In this document: positions 19,112 to 29,134 of the stretch, one piece after another
How the letters are laid out: each line of letters begins with the position of its first letter
Numbering within the stretch: position 1 is the stretch's first letter
From: Ignavibacteriota bacterium
Lineage (GTDB): Bacteria > Bacteroidota > Ignavibacteria > UBA10030 > CAVZMI01
Direction: 5' to 3'
Assembly: GCA_963776275.1 (NCBI GenBank)
Contig: CAVZMI010000021.1
Coordinates: 224,001 to 288,000, forward strand
DNA: 64,000 nucleotides
The notes under the pieces: model-generated
What the model was told of the DNA's origin: nothing
What the model saw: only the letters and a program-made list of their open reading frames with translations
The model's database searches: none
Program-made: the position numbers and the translations under genes

Positions 19112-19278
19112 CTATTGCCACGACCTAAAGGTCGTGGAAAAGATACCGAAGTTTAAAGAGGGCTTTAGCCCTACATTTATTTAATGAGGGGTTAAAAACC
19201 CTCGTTTTCTCTCTTTTTTGTATCCACGAGCTACTCGCCTCGCTCCGCTTCGGCGGAGCGGGAAGCTCGTGGCAATAG
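19112..19278. repeat. MITE/REP-doublet-like element with nested hairpins
   Basis: 12-bp terminal IR CTATTGCCACGA/TCGTGGCAATAG; each end is itself a hairpin; inner IRs GGGCTTTAGCCC and GGGTTAAAAACCC. Confidence 0.75.
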
Positions 19279-19420
19279 ACGGGCCTGTCCACCAAGTATT
19301 CTAGCCGAAGATAATCGCTGACGACCACGGGGATCCAAACCAAATCCTGAGTGAAAAAACCGCTTTAACGGTTTACCTCATCGCTGTTTTGGCTTTACTA
19401 AAAACAACAAAGGCCATCTA

Positions 19421-19852
19421 TCAGTTATTCTGTCCCGGCAATCCTTTCGGAAACAGGAATACAATATCGGGCGTATCCGGTGTATGTTCAATGAGTTTTT
19501 GTATATCATTCATATCTCTTCGAAGAGCTTCGCTCAATTTCTTTTTTATTTCCTCTGCATATTTATCGTCCTCAAAAACGGATGCATAAATTCTATGTAT
19601 TAATCCATAATAAGGAAAACAGCTCGTCAGGATTTCATCAAAGAGCAAATCTCCCATTGGATACTCCTGATCGAATATCCAACCTTTTTCAATGTCGGGC
19701 TTCAAGGTGAAAACGAGTGGAGCGTGTAATCTAATAATCAGCTTTCTCGACACCGATCCAATTTCGTCGAATAATTTCGTTGCTTCATATTTATTTCGGG
19801 CATTGCACACGCTCAGCGTTCCATCAGCCCATCGATATGCATAGTTTGGCAT
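19421..19852 (-). CDS. Hypothetical protein
   Basis: 143-aa ORF with ATG start, plausible composition, no recognised motif. Confidence 0.6.
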   Translation of the reverse strand: MPNYAYRWADGTLSVCNARNKYEATKLFDEIGSVSRKLIIRLHAPLVFTLKPDIEKGWIFDQEYPMGDLLFDEILTSCFPYYGLIHRIYASVFEDDKYAEEIKKKLSEALRRDMNDIQKLIEHTPDTPDIVFLFPKGLPGQNN

Positions 19853-19967
19853 TGGAGTGTCTTCGATAGTTCTATTAGAGAGAACGAAAACGGGTTACAA
19901 TGATGTTGGAGTATCAATTTTGGGGGGAATCAATGGGATATGTTTTGGGCGTTGTTGTGGGATTCGT

Positions 19968-20014
19968 CGTAGAGTCGCCCCGTTCCATAGGGACGTCCCG
20001 ACGGGACCTCTCTA
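19968..20014. repeat. Degenerate GTAG-type REP-like palindrome
   Basis: GTAGAG...GGACGTCCCGACGGGACCTCTCTAC, overlapping the glgX stop. Confidence 0.45.
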
Positions 20015-22168
20015 CAATTCCGCTCTTCGACCGAGCAGGAGTACGGTGCTTCTCGGGTTGACCAGATAAGCATCTTGCGGGTCGAGCACTACTTCTTGTC
20101 CGGGGATCGCGAGGTCATGACCGGTTGGTAAGCTTGTGTCCAAAACCCGGTACCATTTGTTTTCGCCCGGGAGCTTCGGAAGGCGGACCTGCCGCAGACG
20201 ATAATCGGCGTGCAGGATGATAAACAAATAATAATCACCCAACGCCGATTGCTCCTCTCCGCCATCTAATTGAACACAAAGCGTCCGCAATTCCGAATCG
20301 CTCCAATCAGGGCTGCCGCCATCCGCGGAAAACCAACTTAGATCCGGAACGCTGTCGGCATCCAAATCCTGGCCCAGATAAAACTTGCGCCTCTGGAGAA
20401 TCGTGTACCGGCAGGTAAGGGCTACGGCCTTTCTAAAAAAATCCACAATGCGTTCGTTCGCAGTCACCCGGTTCCAATCGAACCAACTGATGCTATTGTC
20501 CTGGCAATAGGCGTTGTTATTGCCCAGCTGGGTGCGCATAAATTCGTCTCCGCCCAGAATCATGGGTGTACTGGAGGAAAAGAGCAGGCAGCAGATATAA
20601 TTTTTAACAAGCTGCTCGCGGAGTCGAAGAACGGCAGGATCGTCTGTCGGGCCCTCTACACCGCAATTCCATGAATTGTTGTCGTTCGCACCGTCTTGAT
20701 TGTTTTCGCCGTTCGCTTCGTTTTGTTTTTGATTATATGAGACAAGATCGTAAAGCGTGAAACCGTCGTGGCACGTCACAAAGTTGACGCTGTTATACGC
20801 AGACCGTCCGCTCTCGCCGTAGAGATCCGCAGAGCCGGCCAGACGCCACCCCATATCGGCAACTTGTTGGGAGTCGCCCTTGACGAATTTCCGGACCGTG
20901 TCGCGAAATTTCCCATTCCATTCCGACCAGTCCACAGGGAAATTCCCCACCTCGTAAGATCCCAAATCCCAGGGCTCGGCGATGAGCAGTACATGATTCA
21001 GCACCGGGTCCTGTGACAGTGCATCGAAGAACGCAGACGTTTTCTGGAAGTGCATATCCTGACCCGCGCGGCCCAGCACCGAAGCTAAGTCGAAACGAAA
21101 GCCGTCCACGTGCATTCTCTTGACCCAATAGCGCAGCGAGTCCATAATCAGGCGGAGCACCACAGGATTATCAGCGTTCAGGCTGTTACCGCATCCGGTG
21201 TAGTTCATGTAATAACGGGAGGGCTCAGTTGAAGGACCGGTCAGGCAGTAGTAGGTCGGATTGTCGATCCCTCTGAACGAGATACTCGGCCCAAGTTCAT
21301 TGCCCTCACCTGTGTGATTGAAAACCACATCCAGAATGACCATCATCCCCGCCTTATGTAATTCACGCACCAACATTTTGAACTCGGCCACCTGGCATCC
21401 TGGATTTCTTCCGGTGCTGTACGACGACTCGGGTGCAAAAAAACCGACGGTATTATATCCCCAGTAATTGGTCAGACCGCGGTTCCTGAGAAAGTCGTCC
21501 ACGTAAAACTCATGGATGGGGAGAAGTTCCACAGCGTTGATGCCGAGACTCTTCAAATACGGAATCTTTTCAATGAACCCCAGATACGTCCCCCGGTGTC
21601 GCACGGCAGAGGAGGAATGGGCCGTGAATCCCTTGACGTGCACTTCATAGATGAACAGTTTCTCCAGGGGCACGGCGGGAGGGGCATCCTTCTGCCAATC
21701 GAACCGATTATCTACAACAATACCCTTTGGCACGATGGCAGTATTATCGCGCGGGTCGGGTGTGAGATCTTTGGCATCGGACAAAGGGTCATAGGCCAGA
21801 AGCAAATTATCTTTATTGATGAATTTGTGTGTGATTGCCTTCGCATAGGGGTCCAGAAGAAGCTTTTGTTCATTGAAACGCAAGCCGATATGAGGTTTGT
21901 AATCCCCCCGGACCTTGTAGCCGTATAACTGTCCGTCCTTGACATTTTTGACAAAACAATGCCATATATATTTGGTACGATTCTCCAGCCGAATAATATC
22001 GGTCGGATCGCCGTCCAGCCTGTCGAAGAGTAACAGGAACACTTCGGCAGCGTGCTGCGAATAGATGGCGAAGTTCACACCGTCTTCCCGAACCGTGGCT
22101 CCCAGAGGATAATACTTACCCGCGGTCACCATCTTGTTGGTGAAAGGCATCAATGAATTTCCCATCAC
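20012..22168 (-). CDS. glgX: Glycogen debranching enzyme / isoamylase (GH13_11)
   Basis: YPLGAT, LLDPYAK, NYWGY, DVVFNHTGEG, DGFRFDLA, AEPWD, HDGFTL, NNNAYCQD. Confidence 0.96.
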   Translation of the reverse strand: MMGNSLMPFTNKMVTAGKYYPLGATVREDGVNFAIYSQHAAEVFLLLFDRLDGDPTDIIRLENRTKYIWHCFVKNVKDGQLYGYKVRGDYKPHIGLRFNEQKLLLDPYAKAITHKFINKDNLLLAYDPLSDAKDLTPDPRDNTAIVPKGIVVDNRFDWQKDAPPAVPLEKLFIYEVHVKGFTAHSSSAVRHRGTYLGFIEKIPYLKSLGINAVELLPIHEFYVDDFLRNRGLTNYWGYNTVGFFAPESSYSTGRNPGCQVAEFKMLVRELHKAGMMVILDVVFNHTGEGNELGPSISFRGIDNPTYYCLTGPSTEPSRYYMNYTGCGNSLNADNPVVLRLIMDSLRYWVKRMHVDGFRFDLASVLGRAGQDMHFQKTSAFFDALSQDPVLNHVLLIAEPWDLGSYEVGNFPVDWSEWNGKFRDTVRKFVKGDSQQVADMGWRLAGSADLYGESGRSAYNSVNFVTCHDGFTLYDLVSYNQKQNEANGENNQDGANDNNSWNCGVEGPTDDPAVLRLREQLVKNYICCLLFSSSTPMILGGDEFMRTQLGNNNAYCQDNSISWFDWNRVTANERIVDFFRKAVALTCRYTILQRRKFYLGQDLDADSVPDLSWFSADGGSPDWSDSELRTLCVQLDGGEEQSALGDYYLFIILHADYRLRQVRLPKLPGENKWYRVLDTSLPTGHDLAIPGQEVVLDPQDAYLVNPRSTVLLLGRRAEL

Positions 22169-22306
22169 TCCTCCTTTGGAATATAAAAATGTATCTGTTT
22201 TCTATCGGGAAAGCAAGAGCGAAGCAGAAGGCAGGAGTTTGCAGGATAGACTCTGACATGATTGGGAATCGGAGAAAGGGCAACGAATTCTGCAAAGATA
22301 ATTCCA

Positions 22307-23182
22307 TTAATTTTGAATTAGCTTCTTCAACGCGTTCCAATCTATTTTTTTGAGAACCTGCGTTGCCCGCGCCGGATCTGCCTGAATACTAACGAAAATA
22401 GTTTGCACTGCTGTCGGGGGAATTCCTTCTTTTGCTTTTGTTTCTAAATATTTTCCACCATCGGTTTTCAATTGCCATCCATTTCCAAGCAATACGTACG
22501 TTGTCCCTTCACGCCATCCATTGGTCTTCGTCCATTCTCCCTGCGAACGGTATGTCGGGCATCCGGCTACAGGTGCATCCTGAACCACAGATTCATACAG
22601 CCCCTCTGAAAATTCATTTACCCAGATTCTGATAGTGATGCTCACATCGCGTGCACTCATCTTTTCCATGATGCCGTCATATTCCTTATCATTCGCGGCG
22701 AAGATGTTCTGTAGCTTCTTCGAGTTCGTCTCCATTTCTTTCTGAACCCGCTCAAGTGTGGGTTTATCGTTCTTTCCTGCAGCGTCACCAAACTCTTTAG
22801 CCAACTTATCGTTCTGTTCCACCAACTTTTTATACTCGGGATTTGAAGCATTCTTCATCATTATTGGGCCCAGGACTTTTTGTATTTCTTCATCGGCTGC
22901 CCGCTTCCGTGTGTAATCGTTCCACGACACATGATAAGAAATCCGGAATGGGTAATTCTCGCTACCTTTTCCAACCCATTCAAGTTCCGATAATTCATCC
23001 TTCTCTTCACCCCACCCTTCGGGTCCGGCCGGCAATGCTTTAATGAGAGTCTCCATCACCATCTTGTAAAAATCTTTTTCCTTCTGTGTAGCTTTGCGCG
23101 ACTCACCGTCGGCAAAAACTATTGATGAAATTATCATGACACTCATGATCATCACGAGAATCGGAAAGAGCAGCTTTTTCAT
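22307..23182 (-). CDS. Hypothetical exported protein
   Basis: Signal peptide MKKLLFPILV...VFA; central charged helical segment. Confidence 0.7.
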   Translation of the reverse strand: MKKLLFPILVMIMSVMIISSIVFADGESRKATQKEKDFYKMVMETLIKALPAGPEGWGEEKDELSELEWVGKGSENYPFRISYHVSWNDYTRKRAADEEIQKVLGPIMMKNASNPEYKKLVEQNDKLAKEFGDAAGKNDKPTLERVQKEMETNSKKLQNIFAANDKEYDGIMEKMSARDVSITIRIWVNEFSEGLYESVVQDAPVAGCPTYRSQGEWTKTNGWREGTTYVLLGNGWQLKTDGGKYLETKAKEGIPPTAVQTIFVSIQADPARATQVLKKIDWNALKKLIQN

Positions 23183-23284
23183 AAAAGTAACCTCGATAAG
23201 ATAATATTCAATAATTGGCTTCACCGGCATTAAAAGGAGTCGGTGGCATGAATCAACTTATCTTTTGGCGATGGCTGTTAGGAG

Positions 23285-23345
23285 TAACACAGAGTCCACA
23301 AAGTACTGTTGAAATGGCAATTGTAGAGGACACAAAGCAGAATTT
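23285..23345. repeat. MITE-like element, partial arm
   Basis: AACACAGAGTCCACAAAGTACTGTTGAA...GAGGACACAAAGCAGAA matches the reverse complement of the 29025-29081 arm. Confidence 0.6.
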
Positions 23346-23392
23346 ACATTTAGTATTCGCTCTACACTCTGGCTCTCCAAAAAAACATAAGG

Positions 23393-25891
23393 TCACTTCA
23401 CCAACAGCATCTTCTTTGTAGCAATGAAGGCTCCGGCTTTGAGCCGATAAAAATATACTCCACTTGCCAAATCTTTACCATCGAATATCACCCTGTAGTT
23501 TCCCGGCATTTGCTTTTCATCGACCAGCGTCCTTACTCCTCTTCCGAGTACATCAAATACCTTTAGTGAAACTGTTGTCGCCGCTGCAATCCTATAGCTG
23601 ATTATCGATGCAGGGTTAAACGGATTGGGATAGTTCTGCTGCAGTTCATAATCATGTTTTAACCCGGGATTCCCATTCTCTACCAATGTTATCTCTCCGA
23701 CATCAAATAGCCTGCCGTAGACATCGTATCCATTCCCGGGTGTTCGCGCCTCGCTCCAGAGTACAAGTAGTGAATTGCCATTTTGACAAACGATGGGATT
23801 CATTTTGACTGTCGTGGTATCTGATGAAGCAAGCAATGGATCGCCCACGGGCCGGCCCTGTGATGTAAAAACACGGATAAATATTTTTTCCCCCGTTCTA
23901 TAAACAGCTGCGAAATAATTGCCGGAGAGACTCTTGCAAACGACCGCTGTAGCACCTTCACCGATAACGAAATCGGTTGCCAGAGTGTCACCATTCTGAG
24001 ATACGATAGTGCCGGTATAATAATAATCATAGTGATACTTCAACGTCAGAAGTAGAAATCTCTGATCTCCCAGATATGTCGCAAAGGGTAGAAAACGCTC
24101 CTGATTTAGAAAATTAAGTGACTTTGAAACCAGCCTGACATATCCCGAGTATGCTATCCAAAACGATGAATCGTTTTCCTCGATTATTTGAAGACTTATC
24201 GGATTATCGATGGTCGGCATTGTGACTTCTTTATAAGTATTTGATGGATCCACACTGCGCAAATGGAGTACATTGCCCTTGCTTCGATAAAGTACGGTAA
24301 AAGAAGAATCGGGCCATATTTTTAAAGTCCCATACAGATATGTCGAATCGGAAAAAGTAGACAGTGTATCCGAAGTCAACTTTGTCATCGATTGATCAAA
24401 TCTCGAGTACCCTAACGCACAGAGAGAATCGTTCACTTTCTTCCGCCATAGAGTGATCCCCGATCCATCCGAAAAGAATTGCATTTCATCTCCCTCAAGT
24501 CTTGATTGCACTCCGATTCGGTTTCCGTCATTGTCGATTCTTTGTCCGAGGATATTTTTTTCATCATTCCACGTGACGAAAAAAGAGCCGCTGGAATACT
24601 TCACAGCTCGTGAGACGATATCATTACTGCCGAAATTCGTATCATTGACCTTCCGGCTCCCGACAACTGAAAAATTCTGATACTCATTAAGATCAATATC
24701 TCCTTCATTCGTTACAGGTATGGGCAATACGCCATTCGACATTCTGAAAAATCCCTCACCCAATGTAAATTGGTCCATCGTACCGCTTCCCGAATTTCCG
24801 ATAAGATCTCCGTTTTTATTAAAAGTAAAAAGCGATGTGTAGAGTAGGCCGTTTACGGACGAGTTCTTGACCGAGACCATCAACGAGAACTCACCATTCA
24901 CCAGAGGCGAGAAACTAAAATTTTCTATAGAATTATATGAACCCGGAGGATTTTCTGCGCTTAAAGGTATGGGTAAATCATTTATTGTGCCCACGGAATT
25001 TCCGAGGTGATCTACCTTCCAGTATTTAAGTAGGAGAGAATCACTATGAACGGCAAAGATCTCATAGAGTGAGTCTGAAACAGAAAGTAAATTCAACCGC
25101 CAATCCCAAAAATTATCCCGGGCGCCGAGAAAATCACCAGACTGAAGAAGGACGTTTTCTGCAAGAACTGAATCTTCACTGTTAAAAAAAGTTCCGCGAA
25201 TTGCAAGCAGCGAATCGTCATTCGCAACGTTGAACCACACGACTGCAAAATCTCCCATTCCATTGGCGCAGAGTGAGATGGCAGCCGGGCGTATTGAATC
25301 TGAAGGTAAACCTGAATATTGGTTATTCCAACTCCATAGTGTGTCGGAATTCCAACTGCGCTTTGATACTTCAAGAAAGCCGTCAGCATTGAAAGCAATC
25401 AGATAACCGGAGGAAAAAGTAGTCATATCATGGAAAAACCCTAAAAATCCCGTACCGCACCATGGCCACATCGCCCCACCGATGATTATCGGATCTGACC
25501 AACTGCCATCGGTCCGGCAAATCCTCCCTTTCAGATAGTAGTACCAGATATCCGCAAAAAGCTCGAAAGGCACGGTTTCCTCGCCCAGCACAAAGAAGGT
25601 TCCGTCGGGTGAGAAAGCGACATCAGTGTTTGAATAAATCGGAAAATTCTTTCCAGTCGGATTGCCAAGAGAATCAAATTGCTGGGCAATGTAGCCCTTC
25701 GGCCCGTTTCTATAATCTTCCCATACTACAAGGAAACCCTGACTGCCATTTGGAAATAAAAGGGGATATGCATTTAGAAAATGAGAAAGAGAATCCTCCT
25801 GATTTATCAGAAAGTCTCCCCTGCCCAATTGAGCATATCCGGTTCCAAGCAGTGCAGTGAAGAGGACGATACCAATCGCAAGATGCCTCAT
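23393..25891 (-). CDS. T9SS-sorted secreted protein with repeated VxW-D...QxFDxxGN beta motifs
   Basis: Signal peptide; two related halves; CTD QNYPNPFNP...KKMLLVK. Confidence 0.8.
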   Translation of the reverse strand: MRHLAIGIVLFTALLGTGYAQLGRGDFLINQEDSLSHFLNAYPLLFPNGSQGFLVVWEDYRNGPKGYIAQQFDSLGNPTGKNFPIYSNTDVAFSPDGTFFVLGEETVPFELFADIWYYYLKGRICRTDGSWSDPIIIGGAMWPWCGTGFLGFFHDMTTFSSGYLIAFNADGFLEVSKRSWNSDTLWSWNNQYSGLPSDSIRPAAISLCANGMGDFAVVWFNVANDDSLLAIRGTFFNSEDSVLAENVLLQSGDFLGARDNFWDWRLNLLSVSDSLYEIFAVHSDSLLLKYWKVDHLGNSVGTINDLPIPLSAENPPGSYNSIENFSFSPLVNGEFSLMVSVKNSSVNGLLYTSLFTFNKNGDLIGNSGSGTMDQFTLGEGFFRMSNGVLPIPVTNEGDIDLNEYQNFSVVGSRKVNDTNFGSNDIVSRAVKYSSGSFFVTWNDEKNILGQRIDNDGNRIGVQSRLEGDEMQFFSDGSGITLWRKKVNDSLCALGYSRFDQSMTKLTSDTLSTFSDSTYLYGTLKIWPDSSFTVLYRSKGNVLHLRSVDPSNTYKEVTMPTIDNPISLQIIEENDSSFWIAYSGYVRLVSKSLNFLNQERFLPFATYLGDQRFLLLTLKYHYDYYYTGTIVSQNGDTLATDFVIGEGATAVVCKSLSGNYFAAVYRTGEKIFIRVFTSQGRPVGDPLLASSDTTTVKMNPIVCQNGNSLLVLWSEARTPGNGYDVYGRLFDVGEITLVENGNPGLKHDYELQQNYPNPFNPASIISYRIAAATTVSLKVFDVLGRGVRTLVDEKQMPGNYRVIFDGKDLASGVYFYRLKAGAFIATKKMLLVK

Positions 25892-25987
25892 GTTCTCTTC
25901 CTTAAGAGAAGAAAGGTGGAGCTCAAGTCTCTCTCACAGCATACAATGTTGTATCTTAGACTTTTCTTTTTTCTATGGCTGCTGGGG

Positions 25988-26120
25988 AAAACACAAAGGC
26001 CACTAAGTACCATGAAAATAGCAATTTTTAAGAACACAAAGAAGAATTTCTACAATTAATGCGCCTAAGACTTTGTGTCCTTGACAACAGATTCTTTGTC
26101 AGTACTTTGTGGTTCTATTT
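25988..26120. repeat. MITE-like element
   Basis: Arms ACACAAAGGCCACTAAGTAC...ACACAAAG and CTTTGTGTCC...GTACTTTGTGG. Confidence 0.6.
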
Positions 26121-26171
26121 AAAGATAGCAATATATATTGAATTAGCCCACTACGAAAGAAGCGAACAATC

Positions 26172-28817
26172 CTATTCGATTATATTAATATCACCAGTAA
26201 CGACCAATTCGGCTTTGAGAACTTCACCCGTGCCCAAAGCCTTCGGACTCGGCTGCCGTCCGCCGATATATAATTGAAACTTCCCCGGCTCCACTACCCG
26301 TTTGTTCTCATCATTGATCAACGACAAAGCCTCAGGCTTCAATTCGAATTCAACCGTTTTCTTCTCTCCGGCCTTCAGGTGGATGCGTTTGAATCCTTTT
26401 AGCGCATGAATCGGGACTGGTACTTTTGCATCCAATATCTTCACATACAATTCAACCACCTCGTTGCCATCAATCTTCCCGATATTTTCGACTTCAACCG
26501 ATACTTTCACATTCTCATTTGTCTTTACAGATGCAGGCGCGTTCATGTTGGAATATTTGAACATTGTATAACTTAATCCATAGCCGAACTCGTATAGAGG
26601 AACACGGCTGAAATACCGGTACGTCCGGCCTTTCATATTGTAATCTTCGAATAGTGGTACATCACTAACCGATTTATAAAAAGTCACCGGTAAGCGGCCG
26701 GCAGGATTGTAATTCCCAAATATCACATCCGCAATTGCATTGCCGCCCTCTTCGCCCGGATACCATGATTCAAGAATTGCATTTACATTTTCGTTCGCCC
26801 AATTAATTGATAACGGACTCCCGTTCAACAATACCAGCACGATCGGTTTCCCGGAAGACTTGACGGTTTTAAGTACAGCATCCTGCACAGCGGGCAGGTC
26901 AAGCGTGATACGGTCGCCGCCGCGAAATCCTTCGATATCGACCGGTCTTTCTTCTCCTTCGAGCGATGGAGTAATTCCGCCGACAAAAATAATCACATCG
27001 GCCTGTTTTATTACATCGTTGAGTCTTCGTTCATAATCATTATGCTTTCTAGCCCACTGAAATCTTGCAATTGCCGCGCCCGCATTTTGATAGTAGTCAA
27101 TCTGAATCTGGTGTCTTTCCCCTTCGACAAGCTCCATTCTTGTTTCTTCCAATATCGGACCATGATCCTTCCAGTCTTCAAAAAGAAGTTCACCGTCTAG
27201 GTACACGCGGTAACCGTCGTCACCTGTAAACCCGATATAGTATGTATCCGTAGCGGGAGCCGTAATCCAGCCTCTCCATCGCACGGAGAATTTCGTGTCT
27301 TTCTCAGGAGCTGGAGGATTATTGATGAAATCAAAGTCAACCTGCTTATCGACGCGTGTTATAAAGGGAGTGCCTTTCAATTCCATGTTGTCGAAATATT
27401 CTGCTTTCAATCCTTTTTCATTTCCAATCCCTGTCGTAAAAGCGTCTTCCGGAACGGCAGAAAGAATCGGAGATTCGTCGGCTGCATTTGATCCGGACTC
27501 ATAGAGAACCTTTACGGAAGCGGGAGCTCTATTTTTAATTCCCTCCAACGGCGTGACAGATTTCGACGGAATACCGTTGTAACTGCCGTACATAACTTCA
27601 GGAATATTCGCATTAGGACCGACGACGGCAATCGTTTTTATTTCTTTTTTTAATGGAAGTATTTTCCCTTCATTCTTTAATAACACAATCGACTCGCGGG
27701 CCGCCCTGAGAGCCAATTCTCGATGTTCTTTCGAATCGTTTTCCGAGATCGGAATTCGTGTGTACGGAACCATTTCGGCAGGATCGAACAAACCGAGTTT
27801 AAAACGTGCCGTAAATAATCGCTTCACGGCAATGTCGATGTCCGATTCTTTCAGCAAGTCTTCCTGGACTGCATATTTAAGGTTACTGTAGGCATCGCCG
27901 CATTCGAGGTCACAGCCTGCACGCACGGCCAGTGCTGCAGCTTCTTCAGAAGTTCTAGCAAATTTATGATTTCTATATATATCGTAAATTGCACCGCAAT
28001 CGGATACCACATAGCCTTTGAAATTCCATTTTCCACGCAGCACATTCTTCAATAAAAAATCGTTAGCACAGCAGGGCACACCCAGGTATCGCTGGTACGC
28101 ACCCATGATCGAATATGCGCCTCCTTCAACAACGCAAGCTTTGAAGGCCGGAGCATACGTTTCGGCAAAGTCGCGATAATCGGTTATTGCATTGAAATAA
28201 TGACGTTCAGGTTCGGGTCCGCTGTGAACCGCATAATGTTTGGGTGTGGAAACGACCTTCAGATATTTAGGATCATTGCCCTGCATGCCTTTTACAAAAG
28301 CAACGCCCATGCGGGATGTGAGATATGGATCTTCGCCGTAGGTTTCCTGTCCTCTCCCCCATCTTGGATCGCGGAATATATTGATATTCGGTGACCATAC
28401 GGTCAGTCCTCTGAAAGCACTATGATCTCCTTTTTTCTGATAGTCGTTGAATTTCGCCCTGAATTCCGTCGAGACAACATTGGCAACACGATACATCAAG
28501 CTGTCATTCCATGTGGCAGCCAGTCCGATTGCCTGTGGAAAGACCGTTGCAATACCGGAGAAAGCGACTCCATGCAGACCTTCGCTCCACCAGTTATAAT
28601 CGGGAACGCCTAGCCGGTGGATAGATTCTGCCTCGTTCATCATCTGACCGATCTTTTCATCAAGTGTCATCCTGGATACCAGATCGTTCACTCGTTCTTC
28701 AATGGAAAGAGCGGGATTCTGATATGGAAGCGGCTTTGTATTTTCGTCAGGCTGATTAGAAGACAGAGTTGTGGTGAGGATAAGGTTGAATAGAATTCCG
28801 AGGGTGATAATTCGCAT
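26172..28817 (-). CDS. GH3 beta-glucosidase/beta-xylosidase with PA14 and Fn3-like domains
   Basis: WSEGLHGV, WSPNINIFRDPRWGRGQETYGEDP, KHY, VVSDCGA, PA14 insert, YNPAGRLPVTFY. Confidence 0.95.
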   Translation of the reverse strand: MRIITLGILFNLILTTTLSSNQPDENTKPLPYQNPALSIEERVNDLVSRMTLDEKIGQMMNEAESIHRLGVPDYNWWSEGLHGVAFSGIATVFPQAIGLAATWNDSLMYRVANVVSTEFRAKFNDYQKKGDHSAFRGLTVWSPNINIFRDPRWGRGQETYGEDPYLTSRMGVAFVKGMQGNDPKYLKVVSTPKHYAVHSGPEPERHYFNAITDYRDFAETYAPAFKACVVEGGAYSIMGAYQRYLGVPCCANDFLLKNVLRGKWNFKGYVVSDCGAIYDIYRNHKFARTSEEAAALAVRAGCDLECGDAYSNLKYAVQEDLLKESDIDIAVKRLFTARFKLGLFDPAEMVPYTRIPISENDSKEHRELALRAARESIVLLKNEGKILPLKKEIKTIAVVGPNANIPEVMYGSYNGIPSKSVTPLEGIKNRAPASVKVLYESGSNAADESPILSAVPEDAFTTGIGNEKGLKAEYFDNMELKGTPFITRVDKQVDFDFINNPPAPEKDTKFSVRWRGWITAPATDTYYIGFTGDDGYRVYLDGELLFEDWKDHGPILEETRMELVEGERHQIQIDYYQNAGAAIARFQWARKHNDYERRLNDVIKQADVIIFVGGITPSLEGEERPVDIEGFRGGDRITLDLPAVQDAVLKTVKSSGKPIVLVLLNGSPLSINWANENVNAILESWYPGEEGGNAIADVIFGNYNPAGRLPVTFYKSVSDVPLFEDYNMKGRTYRYFSRVPLYEFGYGLSYTMFKYSNMNAPASVKTNENVKVSVEVENIGKIDGNEVVELYVKILDAKVPVPIHALKGFKRIHLKAGEKKTVEFELKPEALSLINDENKRVVEPGKFQLYIGGRQPSPKALGTGEVLKAELVVTGDINIIE

Positions 28818-28943
28818 AGTTTTAGACCTTTATTATTAAATTTCGGAAAGTAAAAGAATGTTACAAAGAGATTGAATGATAATCAAATTGAGGTTGAATC
28901 AGGTTATGAGGGCTTCTGAATTTCAATTCCTATTTTGAAAATA

Positions 28944-29082
28944 AAACCACAGAGTACACAAAGTACATTAGAATATGCAATTTATGAGGTCACAGGGTTG
29001 GGGGGCGTATATTAAAGTCTCGATTCTTCTTTGTGTCCTCATGAACAGCATGTTCAACAGTACTTTGCGTACTCCGTGTTTA
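28944..29082. repeat. MITE-like element
   Basis: Terminal IR AACCACAGAGTACACAAAGTAC / GTACTTTGCGTACTCCGTGTTT. Confidence 0.7.
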
Positions 29083-29134
29083 CCCCACCAGCCATCGAAA
29101 AAAGAAAAGCCGATCGATACAGATTGCCGATTGG

